Source: Candidatus Helarchaeota ASGARD archaeon Hel_GB_B
GTDB taxonomy: Archaea > Asgardarchaeota > Lokiarchaeia > Helarchaeales > HEL-GB-B
DNA length: 15,433 nt
Direction of reading: 5' to 3'
Assembly (NCBI GenBank): GCA_005191425.1
Contig: SUPR01000082.1
Location: 1 to 15,433 of the forward strand
This document shows, piece after piece, positions 1 through 5,931 of this stretch. Position numbers and translations under genes: made by a program. Below the pieces are notes generated by a model. That model saw nothing but the letters and a program-made list of their open reading frames with translations. It did no database searches and was not told the origin of the DNA. Numbering within the stretch: position 1 is the stretch's first letter; each line of letters begins with the position of its first letter.

Positions 1-194
1 TTTATTGCAATTTTTTCAGCAATTTCTTTTATTGGGGAGGTTCTAGCATTTTTTGATAATTTTACCTTTATTATTTTATGTTTTTTAATTTGACGCTTAA
101 ATTCTTCGATTATAGACTGCCATCCATTTTTTCCTACAATAATGTGGGGTGGTTTTTCCCAAACATTCTTCAATTTATTTTTATCTATTTTCAT
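1..194 (-). CDS. yhbY: YhbY/CRM-domain RNA-binding protein (3'-truncated by window edge)
   Basis: Not in the ORF track. Manual translation from ATG at 194 (overlaps rnp4 end by 14 nt): MKIDKNKLKNVWEKPPHIIVGKNGWQSIIEEFKRQIKKHKIIKVKLSKNARTSPIKEIAEKIAI. The I-x-V-GKNG...I-EE...IKVK pattern is CRM/YhbY-like, and the position after rnp4 is typical of archaea. Confidence 0.85.
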   Translation of the reverse strand, partial: MKIDKNKLKNVWEKPPHIIVGKNGWQSIIEEFKRQIKKHKIIKVKLSKNARTSPIKEIAEKIAI

Positions 195-516
195 TTTTAT
201 TAATATAAAACCTCTTCTGATTTTTACAATATAAACATGTAATTGTGATATGAGTTTTTTTATTGTTCCTAATCCTAACTCTTGAAGTTATTCCAGGTAT
301 TAGTAATTTTTTACAATTATTACAAATATTTATTTTATACGATCTTGGTATCCTAACTTTACACCGCATACTAATTCTACGGCATATATCTAAATATCTA
401 TTAGCCAATGGTAAATTGTCCGATTTTATTTTTTCAATTTCGTTAAAATAGGATTTGATCTGATCGAGCGCTAATTTTCTAATATTATTCCTACTTTTCT
501 TTTTACTACGAGTCAT
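181..516 (-). CDS. rnp4: Ribonuclease P protein subunit Rpp21 (Rpr2/Rnp4)
   Basis: LANRYLDICRRISMRCKVRIP, zinc-ribbon pairs CNNC and CLYC, L(I)PG..SRVR motif; basic 111 aa protein. Confidence 0.93.
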   Translation of the reverse strand: MTRSKKKSRNNIRKLALDQIKSYFNEIEKIKSDNLPLANRYLDICRRISMRCKVRIPRSYKINICNNCKKLLIPGITSRVRIRNNKKTHITITCLYCKNQKRFYINKNENR

Positions 517-691
517 TTTTTGGATTTTTTTCTATAAAATAAATTATATCGTTAAATTTTATTAAGTGATATACACCTAATTTAAAAAATTTAAATATAT
601 CAGTAAAAAGATCTTTTGCTAATCACATAAAATTATAATTGTATATATTATATCAAAAATTTAATTAATTAAGATAAAAATATGAAGTGAA

Positions 692-795
692 TGCGGCCAC
701 CGGGATTCGGACCCGGGCGTCTCCACCATTCTAAATTATAGAGATGGTTTGAGAGGTTGGAAGCCTCTTATCCTAAACCACTAGACCATGGCCGC
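692..795 (-). tRNA. tRNA-Gly(TCC) with a 31-nt intron in the variable region
   Basis: Acceptor stem GCGGCCA/TGGCCGC plus A73; anticodon arm AGAGG-CT-TCC-AA-CCTCT; T arm CCGGG-TCCGAAT-CCCGG. Removing 719..749 gives a 73-nt cloverleaf. CCA is not encoded. Confidence 0.92.
719..749 (-). other. tRNA intron at about position 45/46 of tRNA-Gly(TCC)
   Basis: Intron AACCATCTCTATAATTTAGAATGGTGGAGAC. Central helix CTCT/GGAG (one G-U), bulge CA|A, inner helix ACCAT/ATGGT, second cut AC|G. The junction could shift by 1 nt. Confidence 0.8.
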
Positions 796-821
796 ATAGG
801 TTAATGGTGCGTCCACGGGGA

Positions 822-849
822 GTTTCAGACATTTTTTATTTTTATGCCT
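822..849 (-). other. tRNA intron at 59/60 (T loop) of tRNA-Gly(GCC), 28 nt
   Basis: Strict BHB: outer helix is the T stem, central helix TTCA/TGAA, bulges AA|A and AC|T, inner helix GGCAT/ATGTC. Mature T loop is TTCAAAT. Confidence 0.9.
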
Positions 850-894
850 TTTGAACCCCGGTCGGCGGCGTGGCAGGCCGCTATCTTAGCCAGA

Positions 895-916
895 TTCTCC
901 AGCATATATTATACTT
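895..916 (-). other. tRNA intron at 15/16 (D loop) of tRNA-Gly(GCC), 22 nt
   Basis: Intron AAGTATAATATATGCTGGAGAA. Central helix GTCC/GGAG (3 of 4 pairs), bulge AG|A, inner helix AGTAT/ATGCT, 3' cut AA|T. Same register as the Val intron. Confidence 0.82.
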
Positions 917-953
917 CTGGACTATGGACGCATATGTTTTTATATTTCAAATA

Positions 954-1064
954 TGGGTCCGGCCGGATTTGAACCGGCGACAATTGCCACGTCAGGGCAA
1001 CATCCTAACCATTACCTACATAGGACAATAATATTGGTCGTCCTATATTCTAGATCACGAACCC
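954..1064 (-). tRNA. tRNA-Val(GAC) with a 38-nt intron at 15/16
   Basis: Acceptor stem GGGTTCG/CGGACCC plus A73; anticodon arm TTGCC-CT-GAC-GT-GGCAA; T arm GCCGG-TTCAAAT-CCGGC. Mature length 73 nt. Confidence 0.93.
1012..1049 (-). other. tRNA intron at 15/16 (D loop) of tRNA-Val(GAC)
   Basis: Central helix ATCT/AGGT, bulge AG|A, 9-bp inner helix ATATAGGAC/GTCCTATGT, 3' cut AA|T. Confidence 0.88.
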
Positions 1065-1088
1065 AGATTTATGTTAAGAATCCATATA

Positions 1089-1101
1089 TTTTAAAACTTT
1101 T
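1089..1101 (-). promoter_or_regulatory. Putative BRE/TATA promoter for the tRNA Val-Gly-Gly operon
   Basis: Minus strand AAAAG-TTTTAAAA, ending 25 nt upstream of tRNA-Val G1. The AT-rich background makes this weak. Confidence 0.35.
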
Positions 1102-1202
1102 AATAACAATAAAAAATACAAAATCTTAAAAAATTTATCCCATTATTATCTTAAAAAATTAAGAATATTTTTTTATTATTTTAATAAAGTAAGGTTATAA
1201 TA

Positions 1203-1691
1203 ATGGTAATGTTTGTAAAATGGCGAAACTATGAAAATATGACATATATAATGCAATTTATTATAATTTCAGCTATAATTCAGACTATAATAACAGGAAT
1301 AAGTAATTTTATATATCCGATCAATAGTTTACCGGTTCTTATTTTAGTGCCACTTGGAGAAATTCCTGTAGTGGCGGCATCAATGGTCATTTTTAGTGAT
1401 TTTTTTTATCAATATTTATACATTAAAAAACAAGAGAAAATGATCAAAAAATCAGAGGAAAATATTACACCTGTTTCAAAATCTTTTTCAATATATATTG
1501 CTTCAACTATAGTGGTTATATGTTTTATTTTATTGAACTTCTTTTTTAATTATATAATTATTGATCCAATATGGTTTCATGGCATTCCAACATATTCTCA
1601 ATTTACATTAAGTCAGACAACCAGTGCATTAATTATCATTATAATAGTTACAATTTTAAAAGAAATACAAATGTCAAAAAAGAGAGGATAA
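1203..1691 (+). CDS. Hypothetical integral membrane protein (about 4 TM helices)
   Basis: 162-aa ORF with four hydrophobic segments and a Lys/Glu-rich central loop; no family recognised. The true start may be a downstream Met. Confidence 0.7.
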   Translation: MVMFVKWRNYENMTYIMQFIIISAIIQTIITGISNFIYPINSLPVLILVPLGEIPVVAASMVIFSDFFYQYLYIKKQEKMIKKSEENITPVSKSFSIYIASTIVVICFILLNFFFNYIIIDPIWFHGIPTYSQFTLSQTTSALIIIIIVTILKEIQMSKKRG

Positions 1692-2168
1692 CTTGCAAAA
1701 ATTAAAAATTTTGGAGAAATTGTTTTTTATAGGTATAAATTGGATTATATTTCTTTCCAAGTGAGTTAGTTAGATTTCGTTATCCCTCTTAAAAACTCTT
1801 TCCATAAACTTGTAATAAAAATTTGACAATTTAGCATATTTTGTCTTAATGTTAACTATTAATTGACATTTTGCTCAATATAATCCATTTTATTTTGATA
1901 AAAATATTCAAATTATCCCTAATTCGTGCCAAATTTTAAAAAATCATCATCTTTTCTTTTATCTTTAAAAAAAAAGAAAATTTAAATATCTTCCAAAAAA
2001 AATTACATTGCTTTATTATCTAATCAAAAAATTTATAAGATTCAAATCTTTTATTAAAAAGAGTTATTTAGAAGGACAAGTTTAACTTCTGATAAAAAGA
2101 AATTAATAATAAACTAATAATTTATAAATCAGACCGATCAAAATTGCTGAGGTAGCTTAGCCCGGGAG

Positions 2169-2182
2169 AAAAGTATCCCGAG
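2169..2182 (+). other. tRNA intron at 22/23 (D arm) of tRNA-Phe, 14 nt
   Basis: Intron AAAAGTATCCCGAG. Central helix CGGG/CCCG with cuts AG|A on both sides. Removal restores GCTT-AGCCCGGGA-GAGC. Confidence 0.82.
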
Positions 2183-2197
2183 AGCGCTGGACTGAAG

Positions 2198-2221
2198 ATA
2201 AAATCTTTGAAATGATGAGAA
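2198..2221 (+). other. Canonical-position (37/38) intron of tRNA-Phe, 24 nt
   Basis: ATAAAATCTTTGAAATGATGAGAA lies between G37 and A38. The central helix CTGA/TGAG has a G-G mismatch and the inner helix is poor. Confidence 0.85.
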
Positions 2222-2533
2222 ATCCAGTTGTCGCGTGTTCAAACCACGCCCTCAGCACCATAATCTTCAAATATAAACTTGAAAAAGTCAAAAATTCTCA
2301 TTTTTCCTAAATATTTTACAGGTAATTAAATTATCAATTATTTATAGATAAAACTAACTTATTATCAACAAGAATTGGAAAAAAATTGAATAATAATCAG
2401 AATATAGAAATCGTATTTTTTATTTTAAAACAAATTATTTATTTTAAATACTTAAAATTGGTTAAAAACAAATTATTTCAAAAATTTTACACATAATTTA
2501 AATGCATTAATAAAATTTTAATAAGATAATAAG

Positions 2534-2661
2534 TGGACCGGCCGGGATTTTCGTTAGTTTGTATTTTTTAATTTATAAATGAAATATAATAATTAAACTA
2601 ATCTCGAACCCGGGGCCTTCACGATGCCAACGTGACGATCTACCAACTGATCTACCAGCCC
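2534..2661 (-). tRNA. tRNA-Ala(GGC) with a 55-nt intron at 59/60
   Basis: Acceptor stem GGGCTGG/CCGGTCC with the G3:U70 Ala identity pair and A73; anticodon arm TCACG-TT-GGC-AT-CGTGA; T stem CCGGG/CCCGG. Mature length 73 nt. Confidence 0.94.
2548..2602 (-). other. tRNA intron at 59/60 (T loop) of tRNA-Ala(GGC)
   Basis: Strict BHB: central helix TTCG/CGAA, bulges AG|A and AA|T, inner helix TTAGTTT/AAACTAA. Only 6 of 55 bases are G/C. Confidence 0.9.
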
Positions 2662-2688
2662 ACTTTTAAACGAATCATAATAATAGGT

Positions 2689-2874
2689 TTATCTTGTTCT
2701 AATTCTATTAACATTTCTACGGCGCCAGTTATATTTTTTGATTTTAGATGATTTTCCAAAACCACAAGCTGCGCATACTCCATGTCGTTTATGATATGAT
2801 GTACGTCCACATCTACGACAACGGATATGAATAGTTTTATTTCGTTTACCGAAGGATGGTGTTCCTTTAGTCAT
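2689..2874 (-). CDS. rpl37e: Ribosomal protein L37e (eL37)
   Basis: [11 protein letters not shown]...[11 protein letters not shown]....CAACGFG zinc-finger signature; TAATG overlap with lsm. Confidence 0.98.
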   Translation of the reverse strand: MTKGTPSFGKRNKTIHIRCRRCGRTSYHKRHGVCAACGFGKSSKIKKYNWRRRNVNRIRTR

Positions 2875-3143
2875 TAATCTTCACTTTTTTCACTAATAGG
2901 TAGTCTAGGTGGACTAATAATAATAACATTATCACCGCGGACGATGATAGTGCCTAATTGATTGATAATTTGTTCTCCTTCATCATTAATATTAATTTCT
3001 TCAGCTTCATCAAGCACAAGATTCATATGTTGATCAAAACCCCGCAATTTTCCACGGAGTTCTCTTCTACCTTTAAGTTTAATCAAGACACGAGTCTCTA
3101 ATGACTTTGTCAGTAGTTCAAGAGGCCTATTTCCGCCAATCAT
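2874..3143 (-). CDS. lsm: Sm-like archaeal protein (SmAP1/Lsm)
   Basis: Sm1 motif [15 protein letters not shown] and Sm2 motif [12 protein letters not shown]; conserved linkage to rpl37e; GGAG ribosome-binding site upstream. Confidence 0.96.
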   Translation of the reverse strand: MIGGNRPLELLTKSLETRVLIKLKGRRELRGKLRGFDQHMNLVLDEAEEININDEGEQIINQLGTIIVRGDNVIIISPPRLPISEKSED

Positions 3144-3344
3144 TTACGTTCTAACTCCAATAAATACATAATGATTCATTTAAATTTAGAAATATTTAAC
3201 TTTTAAAAATATCTTATTAAATTAATAAGTTTTTGAAATTTAAATAATTTTAAATTAATTATTATTTTTCACAAAGGATTGTATTTAAATTTATTTATTA
3301 AAGTAGGAGATAAAATTTAATGGCGATAAATTATAGTTGAATAA

Positions 3345-3857
3345 TTAAATTTTAGAAGAATTTTCAAGAAATTTCCAAATTTTGTCATTGATATAATGAA
3401 TATTTTTAATAACTTTTCCTTTTTTCATAGATTTTATAACATTAGCGTCATATAAGGCAATGCCAATAGCTAACGGACGTTTGAATGACATTTCAATTAT
3501 TTTTACATATGAGCCTTCTTTTATATTATCATTTATTTCTACGATGCCAGGTCTCATTACATCTGCGCCATTAACAACATATTTAATTGCGCCCATATCG
3601 ACAATAATTTCTGGTAAATCAAGAATATTGTTTCTTAATGCTTTTAGTGAGGGAATTAATTGTGAATTTTTCCGAAAAAGCATGATTTTATTGTTAATAA
3701 TGTAAATAGGAAAAAAATCTTCGAGTTCAGCTATTTCAACTTTTGAATTTTTAGGTAAGATCTTTATGATGCTATCTTCACCAAATTTGTCTGAAATTTC
3801 TTTTTTTAGTCGTTTAATTTCATCAGATCTTAAAAAATGTCTATTTTTTAGCTTCAT
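3345..3857 (-). CDS. PUA-domain RNA-binding protein (DUF1947 plus PUA; MCTS1/Tma20-like)
   Basis: RHFL N-terminus; VDMGAIKYVVNGADVMRPGI and HY.ND.IW motifs; usual position between aCPSF1 and lsm. Confidence 0.9.
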   Translation of the reverse strand: MKLKNRHFLRSDEIKRLKKEISDKFGEDSIIKILPKNSKVEIAELEDFFPIYIINNKIMLFRKNSQLIPSLKALRNNILDLPEIIVDMGAIKYVVNGADVMRPGIVEINDNIKEGSYVKIIEMSFKRPLAIGIALYDANVIKSMKKGKVIKNIHYINDKIWKFLENSSKI

Positions 3858-3888
3858 TTTATCTCTAAATAGAATAAATTTAAAAAAA

Positions 3889-5793
3889 TTATTTTAACCG
3901 TATTGTTTCCATGTTATAAGGAGCTCTAGTTTCGATATGATATTTTTTGTAAATAGATGTTGCCAGGGCAGTACATTTAGACTCTTCACCATGAGCTACA
4001 ATTATTTTTTCAGGTCTAGGTTGGAGTTGGCTGAGAAAATTCATTATTTGGTGTCTTGAAGAATGTCCAGAAAAGCCTTCATTAGTAATTACATTTAGTT
4101 TTACTTTAACAGGTTCTAGTTGTCCTTCAGGATTTCGCATCTGGATATCTCTAAATCCTTTTTGTATTCTTCTACCAAGAGTACCTTCTACTTGATAACT
4201 GACGAAAATTAAAGTATTTCTTTGGTCTCCTGCAAGTAGTCTGAAATATTCAACTGAAGGTCCGCCAGTCATCATACCGGAGGTAGCCATAATAATACAT
4301 GGGCCGCCTTCAGTGATTTCAGATCTTGCTGTGCTGCTGTCTACTTGTACAAAATAGTCTGCGAGAAAAGGAGAGTGTCCTTGATGAAATATCATTTGTC
4401 TTAGATCTTTAGAAAGGTATTCTGGGTGAGTAGTATGAATTGCTGTAGCTTCTGAAATCATACCGTCAATATAAACCGGGACTTCTTCAATAATACCTCT
4501 TCGCATTTTTTCTTCAATTACAATAATTAATTCTTGAGCCCTGCCGACAGCAAGAACAGGGATTAGGACTTTACCGCCATTTTTTATTGTGTTATTAATA
4601 ATAGTAGTGAGTACATTCTCAGATTCACGGCGGGATGGCATATTGTCTTTCGGTCCGCCATAAGTTGCTTCCATTATAATCGTTTCTAACCTTGGAAATT
4701 GGTTGTTAGCCATTTCTAATAATCTTGTATTTGCATATTTGAAATCACCAGTATAGGCTAAATTATAAGCCCCATCGCCAATATGAAGGTGTACGATAGC
4801 AGAGCCTAGAATATGACCGGCGTTATGTAATGTTAGACGTATATCTGGGGCAATATCAGTGACTTCTTGATAGTCAAGAGGGATAGTATGTAATACAGCT
4901 TTTTTAACATCTCTTTGTCCATAAGGAAGGAATTTACCTTCTCGCTGGGCAATATCTAAATAATCAATTTGTAGTAAAGTCATCAAGTTCATAGTGGGTT
5001 TAGTACAATAAATGGGGCCATCATATCCATATTTGTATAAGAATGGTACAAATCCGTGGTGGTCCAGATGAGCATGAGAGATGACAACAGCATCGAGATT
5101 TTCAATATCAAATTCTGGAATATTTAAATAAGGAAATGGATTATTTGGAGAGCCAACATTTATGCCACAATCAATTAATACATTACTTTCGGGGGTTTGG
5201 ATCAGCATCCCCATTCTTCCTACTTCTCTGAAGCCTCCAAGAGTTGTAATTCTTATAATTTCATCTTGAATAAATTTAGGTCTATGTATACGATTTCCTA
5301 CATTTTGGAGAATTTCTTTTCTTATTTCTGCATCTTTATTAAGATAATGTCTAATTTGAATGACCATTTTTGATTGAATAGGGGGAGTCCTAACAACAGA
5401 GGGACGCCATAAAATTTGTCTTGTAATTTCTTGAAGGGTTTCTCCACCCCGACCAATGACAAGTCCAGGTTTTTTAGCTTCAATAATGACTTCTCCGACA
5501 TTCGTATCAAAATTTAGCGATGTAATACCAGCTTCTTCAGGACATATCTCTTTTATTATCTGTGATGCAGCTTCTTCGTCCATTCGGACTGAAGGGTCAG
5601 AGCGAATGACTATTCGTTTTCGTATTTTTCTGGCGATATCTTTTACAATTCCTCTACTGTCCAAGAGAACTCTGGGGTTTTTTGAATAAATAGCAATTTC
5701 TGGTCCTTCAAATTCAATTTTAGTTAATTCGACTTCTTTTGGAATATAGCTTATTATCTCTTTTTTAATTTGGTCTAATATTTCCTTAGGCAT
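3889..5793 (-). CDS. fttA: aCPSF1/FttA, KH-domain beta-CASP ribonuclease and transcription termination factor
   Basis: N-terminal KH region (IEFEGPEI, KPGLVIG..G), metallo-beta-lactamase HAHLDH motif, AGHILGS, GFSGHS, HGEE; 634 aa; downstream of psmB. Confidence 0.97.
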   Translation of the reverse strand: MPKEILDQIKKEIISYIPKEVELTKIEFEGPEIAIYSKNPRVLLDSRGIVKDIARKIRKRIVIRSDPSVRMDEEAASQIIKEICPEEAGITSLNFDTNVGEVIIEAKKPGLVIGRGGETLQEITRQILWRPSVVRTPPIQSKMVIQIRHYLNKDAEIRKEILQNVGNRIHRPKFIQDEIIRITTLGGFREVGRMGMLIQTPESNVLIDCGINVGSPNNPFPYLNIPEFDIENLDAVVISHAHLDHHGFVPFLYKYGYDGPIYCTKPTMNLMTLLQIDYLDIAQREGKFLPYGQRDVKKAVLHTIPLDYQEVTDIAPDIRLTLHNAGHILGSAIVHLHIGDGAYNLAYTGDFKYANTRLLEMANNQFPRLETIIMEATYGGPKDNMPSRRESENVLTTIINNTIKNGGKVLIPVLAVGRAQELIIVIEEKMRRGIIEEVPVYIDGMISEATAIHTTHPEYLSKDLRQMIFHQGHSPFLADYFVQVDSSTARSEITEGGPCIIMATSGMMTGGPSVEYFRLLAGDQRNTLIFVSYQVEGTLGRRIQKGFRDIQMRNPEGQLEPVKVKLNVITNEGFSGHSSRHQIMNFLSQLQPRPEKIIVAHGEESKCTALATSIYKKYHIETRAPYNMETIRLK

Positions 5794-5857
5794 TTAAATT
5801 GTGCACCCAAAATATTGTTATAATTTTTTGCTTTTTGAATAAAAATTCAATATTTAA

Positions 5858-5899
5858 TTAATATAATAAATATAATAATTTAATATAATAAATATAATA
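5858..5899. repeat. Two 20-bp direct repeats (TTAATATAATAAATATAATA, period 22) in the psmB-aCPSF1 spacer
   Basis: Exact copies at 5858..5877 and 5880..5899, with a partial third after 5900; low complexity. Confidence 0.6.
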
Positions 5900-5931
5900 G
5901 TAAATATAATAATAGTAAAAGTGAAAAGAAG

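Larger units (their letters stand above)
805..931 (-). tRNA. tRNA-Gly(GCC) with two introns (15/16 and 59/60), CCA encoded
   Basis: Acceptor stem GCGTCCA/TGGACGC plus A-CCA; anticodon arm GCGGC-CT-GCC-AC-GCCGC; T stem CGGGG/CCCCG. Removing 822..849 and 895..916 gives 77 nt including CCA. Confidence 0.93.
2146..2260 (+). tRNA. tRNA-Phe(GAA) with two introns (22/23 and 37/38), CCA encoded
   Basis: Acceptor stem GCTGAGG/CCTCAGC plus A-CCA; anticodon stem CTGGA/TCCAG with CT-GAA-G at 2192..2197; T arm GCGTG-TTCAAAC-CACGC. Mature length 77 nt including CCA. Confidence 0.93.

Noticed and set aside
1700-1900. Stop-interrupted minus-strand frame (IVNIKTKYAKLSNFYYKFMERVFK...*LTHLERNIIQF...) suggesting a decayed gene
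   Set aside because: No start codon context and no family recognised with confidence; such stretches arise by chance in AT-rich DNA.
1880-1950. Box C motif ATGATGA on the minus strand at 1950..1944 (possible C/D guide RNA)
   Set aside because: No CTGA box D at a suitable distance and no convincing guide complementarity.
2427-2478. 14-bp direct repeat AAAACAAATTATTT (2427..2440 and 2465..2478)
   Set aside because: Only two low-complexity copies in very AT-rich DNA; not a CRISPR array or an att site.
3144-3179. 11-codon upstream ORF (MNHYVFIGVRT) ending immediately before the lsm ATG
   Set aside because: Very short, overlaps the lsm GGAG ribosome-binding site and is expected by chance; no support without Ribo-seq.
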